Assembly: GCF_002105155.1 (NCBI RefSeq)
Contig: NW_019028991.1
Location: forward strand, 558,001-622,000
Direction: 5' to 3'
Source of the DNA: Lobosporangium transversale
Lineage: Eukaryota
Length of the DNA stretch: 64,000 nt
Of the stretch, positions 35,953 through 46,866 are shown in pieces. Made by a program: the position numbers and the translations under genes. Below the pieces are notes generated by a model, which had not been told where the DNA came from, did not search any database, and saw only the letters and a program-made list of their open reading frames with translations. Each line of letters starts with the position of its first letter. Position 1 is the first letter of the stretch.

Positions 35953-38013
35953 ATGCAAACAATGATGTCATCCCGTCGAAGACGACAGAGACTTATCACT
36001 TCCACGACTTCATTCTCCACTCAAAGAGCACTTTACATTGTCGAAATTCTTGAACACATTCTCTCATTTGTCAGTCAACATGTTCTCCGTAATATCACAT
36101 GCCTTGTCTGCCGCCAATGGAACGCTTTATCTCAGCGCTTTATGCTTTATGAAACTCTTTGGGCCTCCAACTTCCAGCCAGAGAGACGCCTTGATGTCAT
36201 GACCAAATTTTCACACTGTCAAATCCTCACCTTGACCCCTGATGCTCCCGAGCGACGTTCACTCCCTTATACTTGGCCTAACGCCAGCCATGGTCAACGA
36301 CAGATTGCCTGGCGCGAGGTCCTTAGCCATCTTCAGAATGCTTCTAAGGAGCAGCAACTAGGCATGATCAGGGTTCTAAATTTAAGGGGATACTTAGACG
36401 TCCGAGTCTTCCATAGAATTGTTGAACAGTGTCTAGCCTCGCAACTTGTGGTTTTGCAATTCGAAGCTTTCAAACCTGGTGATTACTTTTACCTGGAGAA
36501 AATACTGAAAAATTGTCCTAGACTTGAAGTATTGAAGGTAGAACCACAATCTGACAATGTGCACGAGCAAGCTATTCCAGGCGCAAGCCGTGAGGATCCA
36601 GCTTGTGTTCGAGAAGCAGTCACTGCCTTACGCGAACGACAGGTGATTGAACCATTGGAATGGACAAATAAATTGCGTCTCAAAACCCTGGTCTTGTGTA
36701 GACCCATGGTATCTCAACGTGTACTTCAGGCGATATTAGGAGCATGTCCAGATATCAAGGTACTCAAGTTGATTTCCGTGATCGAGCGTGCCTCCAATCC
36801 GTTAGGCATTAGTCCTTTCGTCGCCGGAGGTTATGACGCACATACAGCTTACCAGCTATTGCATGGTACCTCGCCATTTGATCTTGAAATCCTCATCGCG
36901 CATATTGCTCGATCTTGTCCAGCGCTACACACATTTCATTTCTCACTCGATTCACGGAAAATCTGTCCTGAGACCCTGAGACTTATCCTGAGTCGTCTTC
37001 CTATGGTCCGACACTGGAGTTTTGCTACGCGTGATCTTTTTGATCCTATTATGCTTCCCTTGGTTCACAGCAAGGCTGTTATCTTGAATCGGCTGACGAC
37101 ACTGGAGCTCAAAGGCACAGGGCTCTCGGACCCTGATAGATCAACCAGTGTTCTGAGTAAAACCCTGCATGAGTTCTTATGTACCGCTCCTACACTTGTG
37201 CATCTTATTGCACCAACTGTCACTTATTATACTGAATATCTTGATCTCAAGAAAGCACTTGTTGGATCCAAAGATACCCATCCAAACACGCCTCGAGCAG
37301 ACGGTCGTTTTTGGGCATGCCGATCCCTTAGGACTTTACACCTTGAGGTCCGTGCTCGGTTTGAGTCTGATACACTACATCATTCACGCGTTATCTTTGG
37401 ATACCTCACTCGGGTGACACCTTGCCTTGAGGACATACAGCTTCGTCGACCATATCTCTCTTTTTGGCTTGCAGGTGGCCTATGTCTACTGTCCAGACTC
37501 CATAATTTAGAAAAGCTCAAACTCTGCTGCAGATCCTACACAGGGTTTCATGAATCAGATGTGCTGGAATGGATCAGACGAGAAGGCCATCCTTGGGGTC
37601 GAGTCAGTACAAGTAAGATTGCGGTGTCATCTAGTGTAGCAGATACAGCGCGCTTAAGTTGCAGGATGGCGATGATTAGAGCAGGGCTGATATCTGCACC
37701 AATTAGCTATCATTTGCCTGCAAGCTCATCGTCGTTGTCGATATCAACTCTCACATCTTCGATGATGGTGGCATCAGAACTCCAGATGAAGGACTTTGCG
37801 AATCTGGGGGATATGAGGGATATTGACGAGCTACAAATAGAGCGAATGCTGCAATACCAGCGTGGGCAACCGTGCTGGCCTAAACTTGAGAGTTTCACGG
37901 TCGTGCACGATGGTTGGACTAACACAGATGTGACAACGGGTATCAAGAAGCTACGTCCTGATATCCAATTCCGGATTGAGACCCAAACTTACCATCCGAA
38001 CGAATACAGCTAA
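35953..38013 (+). CDS. F-box / degenerate LRR protein of the type expanded in Mortierellaceae
   Basis: ALYIVEILEHILSFV..CLVCRQW F-box, repeated CP.L..L units, WACRSLRTLHL, GGLCLLSRLHNLEKL, CWPKLE. Intronless 686-aa ORF. Confidence 0.85.
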   Translation: MQTMMSSRRRRQRLITSTTSFSTQRALYIVEILEHILSFVSQHVLRNITCLVCRQWNALSQRFMLYETLWASNFQPERRLDVMTKFSHCQILTLTPDAPERRSLPYTWPNASHGQRQIAWREVLSHLQNASKEQQLGMIRVLNLRGYLDVRVFHRIVEQCLASQLVVLQFEAFKPGDYFYLEKILKNCPRLEVLKVEPQSDNVHEQAIPGASREDPACVREAVTALRERQVIEPLEWTNKLRLKTLVLCRPMVSQRVLQAILGACPDIKVLKLISVIERASNPLGISPFVAGGYDAHTAYQLLHGTSPFDLEILIAHIARSCPALHTFHFSLDSRKICPETLRLILSRLPMVRHWSFATRDLFDPIMLPLVHSKAVILNRLTTLELKGTGLSDPDRSTSVLSKTLHEFLCTAPTLVHLIAPTVTYYTEYLDLKKALVGSKDTHPNTPRADGRFWACRSLRTLHLEVRARFESDTLHHSRVIFGYLTRVTPCLEDIQLRRPYLSFWLAGGLCLLSRLHNLEKLKLCCRSYTGFHESDVLEWIRREGHPWGRVSTSKIAVSSSVADTARLSCRMAMIRAGLISAPISYHLPASSSSLSISTLTSSMMVASELQMKDFANLGDMRDIDELQIERMLQYQRGQPCWPKLESFTVVHDGWTNTDVTTGIKKLRPDIQFRIETQTYHPNEYS

Positions 38014-38089
38014 AGAATGAAAAAAAAAAAAAAAGTGCATGAAAAAAGATTATGGATGATGTTTATTACTATTATGATGATGATGGTGA

Positions 38090-38695
38090 TTATGAGATGA
38101 TTCTGAGCTCCTGTTTACGTCCAGCAGCATATCTATCCTTGTAACGGTCCCAAATGGATAAAACCTCATCGATGTACTTTTTCTGAAGTTCTTGCAACTG
38201 TTCTGTCGATGGACTACCTTCAACTTTTTGTACATGAATGGGTTTCCCAACCACGATATACACTGGTTTCCGGCGAGGCAATATCCCGACTGCATCTATA
38301 GAATATACAAATGAGAATGAGGAAAAAAAGGAGGGGCAAAAGAGGTGAGTGTTTGAGAGGCAAAAGTGTAGAGAGGATGAAAAATAAAATAAAGTTATCG
38401 GCTGAAATGATCACTTTGACAAGATAAATGTGCATTAAAAAGATTAAACTCAGACGAACGCTGACAATTTTTTTCTCACATTGAAAAATGCCTCTTCCAT
38501 TGAACATGGGTAATGTAAATCCGCATAAGCGTTTAACAAGCTGCTGCACTTGATATGTCTTGCTGTCGTCCTTGGCACTGAAGACCTCGTAGAGATCGTT
38601 TTCTCCAAAGGCTACTGTCGGTACCAAACTAGCACTGTTTAAAAAGAAAACGACAAACATTCATTTTAATGCATTTGCATATGAATGCTCAAACG

Positions 38696-38732
<37 letters not shown>

Positions 38733-39494
38733 ATTCACGAGGGCCAGTTTGATAAAGCCCAGACGTTTCTTGAGTGTCAAGTCGAGTGTGCCTGGCTTAC
38801 ATGCCAAGCTTTCTTGGGCTCCTCCAATCACAATGGCAATGGAGTTACCTGGGCCTGAGTTTAGCACATGCTCGCATGATGCCTTCGATACGCTTGCACA
38901 GCCATGCGCCATAAGGTAATCACGATAGAATGGAATCTGAAAATTAACTTGAAGGGTTAACAGTCGTGGATGAATCCCCGGAAATCGCTTTGAAAAGTTC
39001 AATCCATCCGTTCCAAATGTGCAAAATGCGCCCATAGAAAGAATACCATGTGGATGATATCCAAAGATATAGTTCTTGGAGGGGTCCAATTCCCCTTCCT
39101 TTCAATCCAGCAAATAGTGTATGTGTAGATTATACAAGTAACAAGTAACAATAACAACAATAAGCACCAAAGCATTATCAGTTCATTCTTTGTTTGTGAT
39201 GAAATTTTTCGCAACAGAACCTACTTTGATAAGTGTCATGGGAAAGTACTGAGCGAAATGGATCCAGATCCGCCTTTTACACCACCATTCGATTCTACGT
39301 CCCCCTCTTTCGGGAGCTCTGTCCAGCATGAGGACCCATAGGAGGTAGATGATGATTAATGGCCACAGATATTTGATTGTACAGAGGTAAAAGAACAGTA
39401 ATGACGAGAAAACGACGGCTGAAAACCAAAACAGGACCGCCGCTGTCTGTACTCGGCGTTTGACCGGCATTCTTAATGGAGCAAAAAAGGTCAT
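38090..39494 (-). CDS. DGAT2: Diacylglycerol O-acyltransferase 2, 4 exons
   Basis: FAPLRMP..RR.QT, YFP, YIFGYHPHG, GGAQES, RLGFIKLA, LVPTVAFGEND, GILPRRKPV..VVGKPI. Confidence 0.95.
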
Positions 39495-40339
39495 CGTTAA
39501 AGGAAGGGGGATTTCAGGGCAACTGGAAGACTAGTTTAACTGTCCTATATGTCGTTTGTTTAATTAAATGTTTCAAAAAATTTAATTAAGGTACAAAAAT
39601 TTTAAACAGGCAGGAAAGCGCTTGGTTGATGGAATGTGTAAAGAATGAATCGTGCGAATGAAAAGACTGAATGTAAAAACCGAAAAAAAAAGGTCAACAA
39701 GGCTTGTCAAGCAATAAGGGCGGTGATAATGAGAGAGAAAAAGAAAGAGAGAAAATGAAAAAAAAAAAAAAAAAAAAATGGTCATTAAGCTATTTACTTA
39801 TGGAAGAGCATGATAGTACACTTAATGAATAATGAATAATGAACAAGTCTAGATGGGCGAGTATTCTTTGCAAATGATTATCGATACGCACATGTACAAA
39901 TAGAATTTGATCGGGAATTGAAAGCCAAATGCTTAAACGGCGTTGAACTGCAGCCGTGTTGAAGGGAGATGGTCGTGCGCTAAGAATGTAAGTAGAACCT
40001 TAAAAGCAGACAGACATGGGCTCAAATAGGAACGTGCACTTGACAGAGTGTCTTCTGTGAAAAAAAGGACATGCTGGGCCACGAGACGACTTGTCGCTGC
40101 GCTATGCTGTCCCATGCGCGTAGATAAATAATAAACATCTTGATATTTCAACCCATGGCTCATTTTACTTGCTTACTTGTGCATTTGATCAAGTACTGCA
40201 GCATCCAACACTACGTGTATTCTCCATGTCCGTGCTTCTTAATCTGATCCAAAGACGCGACTCTGAAAAAAATGTTTTTTTTTTTTTTTTTTTTTTTTTT
40301 TTCCTCAGTTGAATATACTCCGTATACATACAAAACTCA

Positions 40340-40750
40340 ATGGTCTATTTATGCTGTAGAAACCATGCCGAGCAATTTCTTTTGAGTTCTTCAGTTTGGT
40401 TCACAATACCATGTCTGATATCACATTTGTTTGCTCCATATCCCATAAGACAATGCCCAATTCTGATGTCAGAGGTATCTCTCAAGAGATTGATTCCGCC
40501 ATGGAAGTTCATGATGTTATTCGAGAAGAGTATTGATCTACCGGATATCAAGCCCCTTTGATTTACACCCGAGCTGGCGATGACTTGTCATGCAATCGTG
40601 ACCATGGGTTGTGGTGAAATCTGCTCTTTTCTCTGAACTTCTGATATTGGACTGGTCTATTCCTTATCCAAAGGACAAACCAATCAAAGGGGTTAGGAAG
40701 CTCGGGCGCGAAATCGAGCTCAAGATTAAAGTACTCATAATAGAGAACCA
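40340..40750 (+). pseudogene. arsC: Decayed LMW-PTPase-fold (thioredoxin-type) arsenate reductase
   Basis: VYLCCRN (P-loop remnant), probable intron 40394-40449, then EKSIDL.D.KP*FTPELA, AIVTMGCGEIC, and after a frameshift LDWSIPYPKDKPIKGVRKLGREIELKIKVL. In-frame TGA at 40559-40561. Confidence 0.75.
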
Positions 40751-40845
40751 CACAAATAAAAATAAAAATGAAGATGAAAAGTATTATTTTTATTACAAGT
40801 TAGACTCGGAGTAAGCATTATAAATCAAAAGTGTATCGGATTGCT

Positions 40846-41682
40846 TCACTCTTTATCATCTACTCTTTCGTCTTTTGTTGTTTGTTCAATTGATGCAGCT
40901 TCTGCTACCGCCGCCACTGCAATCGTTGCATTCTGTTCTTTAGCAATGATTTGAAGCTTCTCAGCCTGAGATAGCAGTCTTCCTTGGTTCTTCATCTTTT
41001 CTTCTCGCTCACTATGCCGATCCGTCAGGAACTCGGTATGGGGTCGAAGGATCACCGTGAACTTGAACAACTCCTCTGCAACATCCACAACTCTCTGACG
41101 GAAATCACTTGGTTTCATCCGATCGTCTTCATCAAACTCGGTCCAAGCCTTGGGTACAGATGACTGATTTGGGATAGTGAACATGCGCATCCATCGCCCC
41201 AAGATCCTTAACGTATTGACGGCATTGAAACTCTGCGATCCTCCATTAACTTGTGCAATCGCTAACGTTCGTCCCTGAGTTGGTCGAACGGATCCCAAGG
41301 CTAGTGGGATCCAATCGATCTGGTTCTTAAATACTCCAGTGATTTGACCATGCTGCTCTGGTGAGACCCAGACATGTGCATGAGACCATTGACTCAGCTC
41401 TCGAAGCTCTTGAACCTTAGGGTGGTTCTCTGAGACGCCGTCCTTGACGGGTAATCCTGTTGGATCAAAGACCCGAACATCAGCGCCTAATCGATCCAAG
41501 ATCCTCGCAAACTCGTACGCTAATAGCCTAGAGAAGGATCGCTCCCGAAGAGAGCCATAAAGGACAAGAACATTGATCGGAGCGTACTGCTTGCCGAATG
41601 TTTGCAATTCTGTCAGGTTCAACTTGGATACCCAGTCGTTGGACATGTTTTTGAGGATTTGATAGGGCTTGTAGCGCTGCAT
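40846..41682 (-). CDS. arsH: Arsenical resistance protein ArsH (NADPH-dependent FMN reductase), intronless
   Basis: [80 protein letters not shown]. Start at ATG 41682 (or 41646). Confidence 0.95.
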   Translation of the reverse strand: MQRYKPYQILKNMSNDWVSKLNLTELQTFGKQYAPINVLVLYGSLRERSFSRLLAYEFARILDRLGADVRVFDPTGLPVKDGVSENHPKVQELRELSQWSHAHVWVSPEQHGQITGVFKNQIDWIPLALGSVRPTQGRTLAIAQVNGGSQSFNAVNTLRILGRWMRMFTIPNQSSVPKAWTEFDEDDRMKPSDFRQRVVDVAEELFKFTVILRPHTEFLTDRHSEREEKMKNQGRLLSQAEKLQIIAKEQNATIAVAAVAEAASIEQTTKDERVDDKE

Positions 41683-42778
41683 TTTGAGGGGAGAGAGATT
41701 TTGTCGATGAATATTGAATAGAAATGAACGACTTTCTACTCTTTTCAGGGTACGTGAATTATAAAAGGAGGATTCAAAGAGGAAAAGATAGAGAAAGTGA
41801 TAAGTGATAAAAGGGAGGTAATAAAGTAGAGAAGGTGGGAGAAGAAGGAAGGGGAGGAAGATCAGGATGAACAAAAAAAAAAAAAAAAAAAACTTTTTAT
41901 ATCTCCGTTGCAATGAGAACCTTCTCGTTGCCACGGATGAAACTGACTTTTGAAATATGACTTCTCCCTATTTGGTGCAACAAAAGAAGAAAGGAAAAAA
42001 AAAAAAAAAAAAAAAAAAACAGGAATGAAGACCTCTCGGGTTAAGGATCAATTGAAAGACAAAGATAACAGTGGTTAAATTATATCAATTCACAAGCTAG
42101 GAGAGAAAAAAAAAAAAAAAAAAAAAAACAACGCGCAACATATCCATTATGATCAATGCAATGGTATGTTTGTAGTTTGTTGTTGAGTACCCTTGTGCAC
42201 AGCGACAGTGGATGACTTGTGTCACCAAGTATCTCTTGTCGATCTGCTAAAAGACCTCACGCGTCTATCATAAATTCACATACACATGCACGCAAGCGTC
42301 TTTCTTTTGGATTCATACTACACATCTCATTGCCCTCCTTAACCCACAATTAATATTATAGAGTATTATATTTATAATAAAGGAAAAGTGTTGGTACAAA
42401 TGTGATTTGTACCATTTCCAAATAATTTGCATCAAGTCAATGCGAGCAGCACATCAGCCAAAGCATAGCACTCATCACGTCCACAACTTTTTGAGAAATA
42501 ATAAAAATAAAAGATAAATTACAATAGTATCTTAAAAGATTTGATTGCCCTTGAAGAGTTAACAGCTACCAGAATAGGGTATCCGTCTGCAAATACAGGC
42601 CCACGAAGTCCTGTATTTCTCCCAAGTAAAAAATCGGGCAAAATCTTCAAGAAAAAAAAAAAGAAAAAAAATCCAATGTTTCCATACACTCCCTTGATGC
42701 TCTGAATCATGAGTAGAATCTAGGCCAAAGAAACAAAGAAAAAAAAAATGGGGGCATAAAAAAATAAATTGCCCACTA

Positions 42779-42953
42779 CTCTATCCGAAAGCGTAAAAAA
42801 AAAAAAAAAAAAAAAAAATGCTTCCTAATCTCCGCACCCGCAGGAGATCGGGCACCCATTTTTACAGGGAACCACGTTTGCCCCGAATGGCCCGTATAAT
42901 ATAAGGCGGAACAGGACGGTCCAGCAAGTAAAAGTAAAGGGTGTCGGATAGAG
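42779..42953. mobile_element. Possible degenerate MITE
   Basis: 10-bp inverted repeat CTCTATCCGA / TCGGATAGAG. TA is present on the left flank only. Confidence 0.3.
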
Positions 42954-44588
42954 ATCAGCACATGGATTTAGGGTTTAATCGGAAAGGATGATAGTCAGAG
43001 CAGAGAGAGTAATAGTAACGAAACATTAGATGTATCAATCATTATAAAAAAATAAACTGCAGTCAAGTAAAATGGCACTAATAATCAAGGAGCATGAGAT
43101 GAATCGAAGAATTGCTCCTCTTCTTTTAAAAAACAAAAGCAAAATAAAGATAGAATAAAATAAAATAAAAAGATTGTGGTCGTGATATCGAATAGAGTGT
43201 GCCTCGACAAGATGAACCGCTGCTTGTTATTTGACTGATGGACCAAAAGATGGTAAGATGGTTGATGTGTTGTTGACAAAACGCGCATCAAAACAAAACG
43301 CTTCATGTCACATGGATTGAGGCTTGGTAAATACAGCGATCTGTAAGTTAGTCCGGAAATTCGAAACGTGTCAGTACCCAAATACTTGTGTCCAGCGTCG
43401 TGCGCCCTTTGCAGAGGGACTGGCGACCCTTCTATGGGCCTGCGCTTCGCGGGTCTCTCTTAACCCTCAATCTGAGCAAGACCGATTCTTGCGATGTGTT
43501 CCACTTCAACTGCGCCGCTGTCAAAGATATTTAGAGCGTGGGTTCACTGTCTCCAAAAAGTCATGGCAGAGAGGTCAGGCACAGAGGACACTAGTGTAAA
43601 ATTCGACCAAAGTGTTTCAAATGGCAGTATTGTTTTGTTGGCAGAGGCTCTGTGGTTTTCCTTGTAAAAAAAAAAGGTCTTATCTGTGTGACAAGGTGTC
43701 TCGTTATGGCGAGGCGCTTACCAAGAGCACCTTTACTGCTTTCAAAGACTCTGGCCTGAGACCCTCTGCGTACACAGAATTATCTATGTAAATCGGAGAT
43801 TTGACGTGCTGTAACGGCCAGATGAGATCGCATGACAAGCCCAAAATCTGCGACGATCTGCTGTAATTCTGAATCGTGCACTTTGTTAAAGTGTACTGCC
43901 AAGAATTCGTCCAAGAGTCGCATAGCGTGGGCCCGATGTTTCTGTAATTGAGATAACCACTTCACTGAGGCCGAGGCAACTCAAGAGAGGGTACTTTGTA
44001 TTGTTGATCTGGGCTCTTAGGATGAAGAACATGTTCGGTGAGGATGTTATCGTCGTCAGAGTTGGCTGGAGGGCGTGGTAACTGAGAACCGGCAAGCGAA
44101 GGTATAACAGTTTTGAGGGCATCAGAGAGAACAAGTGTTTTGGCCTGTGGACGATCGATGTACAGTGGTAGTGGTCACAGGTATGGAGCTTAGGAGCGAG
44201 CAGGCAGGCGGGAAAGGAGGAAGGCAATGCTTCCTTTTTATATCATGGATTGATACTTTTTTCAAAAAAGTGCAAGCAAGGGCACAGATTGGGTAGGATG
44301 GGTTGTTCAGTGGTTGAAAGACTATGACAATAACGGATATACTACAAACCCATCATAAAATCACCTCTTCATTAATGTGGAAAAGGGACCTTGTGAATCT
44401 CAGTAGAGCTGATATCTGATACATGTCACATTTAAATGTAATATTCAATGTCCTCAAAGTCTTACAATTAGTTTTCAATCATTTATTTCGACCTGCAATA
44501 CACACGCCGAAAAAAGGTTGCCCATGACTGCTGAATTTAAAGCCTATTTATTTATTATGGCAAATTTTGTCCATTTTACGGACGGAGG

Positions 44589-46583
44589 CTACACGTCAAA
44601 GTTCTCATAAATGTTGCCAAATTTACAAAATTTGGCATAGGCATCTGTGCCGTAACCGTGCATCGTAAAAACCTTAAGATCTCCACCCCAGTACTCAGCA
44701 TAGACACGACTCATGGGAAGTCCAATACCTAAATGCATAGACTGATCCTTATACTGACGGCTTTCGCGATTCAAGTGACCTGGTTTCGACGGAGCTACAA
44801 GTTCTTGAGTGGAATCAATCACAGTTTGACAGCGCTGCGAAGACGCGTTTGAGAATGATGAGTATGAAGCTGATTTGGTACCGGTACGAGGAGGCGCATG
44901 ACGATCCAAACGCAATGTCGTCGATTCCGTAGATTTGCTACTACCTGTCGGTGGTGGTGGTAGTTTTATTCCTTCACCATCATCCTCCACTTCATCTTCA
45001 ACTCTATTTGATTCATTATAACTCCTGGAGGGCGACACCATCTGTTCCTGGACTGTGGCAGCCATCTTTGATACCTTCTCGAAATTAGCAAATCGGGCAG
45101 GGCTTTGTGAGTAAGACCAAAGATGCCGCTCCATTTCTGGATCAATTCCGCCACCCTTGTCTGAGATCCTGAAGACAATGTCCTGAGCTCCTTCACACAC
45201 TGTAATCTGGATAGGAGGTAATTCGCCCGTGCGGTGTTCTCGGGCCCCTTTCTGCATGACAAAACGCATCGAATTCTTGAGAAGTTCATATAGAATATAC
45301 TCAATATGATCTGGGATGTAAGAAAACTCCGCATCGATATTGCCGTCTAATAAGACCTTGGGTGGCTCAATAGTTCCACCGCATGCCTGACGACATGTCT
45401 CCGCTGCCAAAAGGGCTGTTCTTTCGACAATATCTCGGGGTCGGCAGTGAGTATAGATGATGCCGATGTATCCACAATCTGCCATCATGTGGTTGGGGGA
45501 ATTGAAGTTAGCAGTCAGGGAGATATGTTGCTCTGCCAGCACTCGTCTTGAGATCCTGGACCTGAGCATTTTGTTCATAAACTTGTCAATCTGATCTGGA
45601 GGAATGTGCTTTGAGGACTCCATGATTCCCAACGCCAACTGTGGAATGACTACCAAGTGATCGTTCAAGAGACCCTTGACCAACTCACAAAAGGTATCGT
45701 TCTGTTCCAAAGTCTTGATCTCAGGAACCTTGCTCAACTTTTCAAAGGCCTGCCAATAGAGATCATAGACTAGTTCGATATGTGGATTAGTTCCTACAAT
45801 GAAGGGTAGATTTTGGAAATCACGAATCCTATGGGCAAGACGTATAGGTAGCTCTGTTCGGACATAGTTGGCGGATTTGAGAAGCTTATCCTCTTGCATG
45901 TTACGGCCAAAAAAGACAAGTTGCCGGAGGGTGATTGGACTGACTGCCTGGTTGACATAGGGGTCCAGAATACGGTTCTGATAAAAGTGCTGAGGGCTAT
46001 ATCGGCGTTTTGATTGACGTGCTGATGCAGGCTGTCGGACAATGGAGGCAGGGTTATTCATCCGGAAAAGCGGAGAGGATTCTGGGGAAGTTGCCGCCGT
46101 CGATGCGGAGGGGGTAGAGGGAAACGCAGAGGCGGAGATATGAATTGGATGTGATTGATGCTGCTGTTGAAGGCCACTGGAGAGAGTAGATGGAGGAGGT
46201 GGTTGCGTATGTATAGCTGTTGCGAGCTGACTGTATTGTTTGCACGTAGTTGCGGTGGTATGTGTCAACGCTGAAGGTTTAGTTAATGCAACTGTATGTT
46301 TTTGTCTGATAACCATCCGACACCTCCCGAGCATAATGTTTAGACTGTTAGCGTTTGTTGTTGAGGTGGCTACTGCGGTTGAATCAGATATCCGTGATAT
46401 TACGTCAAAAAGACTGCCAGTGTTTGGACGAGCAGTAACAGTGCTTCTTGAAGTGACCAAGGCAGAAGAAGAAAATGACGAGGATTGAACACATGCACAT
46501 GGAAGGATATCTGAAGTAGACTGCAATCCAGTGGCTGTGCATCGCCCTAACGTGGACTGCAGGGTCTTTGGAAGCCTTGACAT
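44589..46583 (-). CDS. Mitochondrial alpha-ketoacid dehydrogenase kinase (BCKDK/PDK, Pkp2-like), intronless
   Basis: ELPIRLAHRI, SRISRRVLAEQH, ELLKNSMR (N box), ISDKGGGI (G1), LGIGLPMSRVYAEYWGG (G2), GYGTD. N-terminal presequence-like region. Confidence 0.92.
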   Translation of the reverse strand: MSRLPKTLQSTLGRCTATGLQSTSDILPCACVQSSSFSSSALVTSRSTVTARPNTGSLFDVISRISDSTAVATSTTNANSLNIMLGRCRMVIRQKHTVALTKPSALTHTTATTCKQYSQLATAIHTQPPPPSTLSSGLQQQHQSHPIHISASAFPSTPSASTAATSPESSPLFRMNNPASIVRQPASARQSKRRYSPQHFYQNRILDPYVNQAVSPITLRQLVFFGRNMQEDKLLKSANYVRTELPIRLAHRIRDFQNLPFIVGTNPHIELVYDLYWQAFEKLSKVPEIKTLEQNDTFCELVKGLLNDHLVVIPQLALGIMESSKHIPPDQIDKFMNKMLRSRISRRVLAEQHISLTANFNSPNHMMADCGYIGIIYTHCRPRDIVERTALLAAETCRQACGGTIEPPKVLLDGNIDAEFSYIPDHIEYILYELLKNSMRFVMQKGAREHRTGELPPIQITVCEGAQDIVFRISDKGGGIDPEMERHLWSYSQSPARFANFEKVSKMAATVQEQMVSPSRSYNESNRVEDEVEDDGEGIKLPPPPTGSSKSTESTTLRLDRHAPPRTGTKSASYSSFSNASSQRCQTVIDSTQELVAPSKPGHLNRESRQYKDQSMHLGIGLPMSRVYAEYWGGDLKVFTMHGYGTDAYAKFCKFGNIYENFDV

Positions 46584-46800
46584 GGTTAATAACCTGGTAC
46601 TGTTACTCTTGACAAAATTGTTTGCTCGATTGTCTGTTTGCTTGCTTGTTTTCTTGCTTGTTTGCTTTGTAGATTAACTGAGAATAGTTAAAAGGACAAA
46701 TGAGATTAAAACAGAATGAGAGATGATGATTAGGGTAGAATGGATGGATTTAAAAATAAAAAAAATAAAAAAAAAAAAAATAAAAAAAAAAAAAAAAAGA

Positions 46801-46866
46801 GAGGGAGAGAAGAGGAAGAGGAAGAGGAAGAGGAAGAGGAAGAGGAAGAGGAAGAGGAAGAGGAAC
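46801..46866. repeat. (GAGGAA)n microsatellite preceded by an A-rich tract
   Basis: Directly visible, upstream of the kinase gene. Confidence 0.9.

Noticed and set aside
41683..41934. Hydrophobic N-terminal extension of ArsH in the ORF track
   Set aside because: Starts at a non-ATG codon and translates a poly-T/pyrimidine-rich 5' region.
43340..43381. TDTFRISGLTYR resembling the Fanzor TDGF motif
   Set aside because: Isolated match with no downstream RuvC-I-like strand or other collinear blocks.
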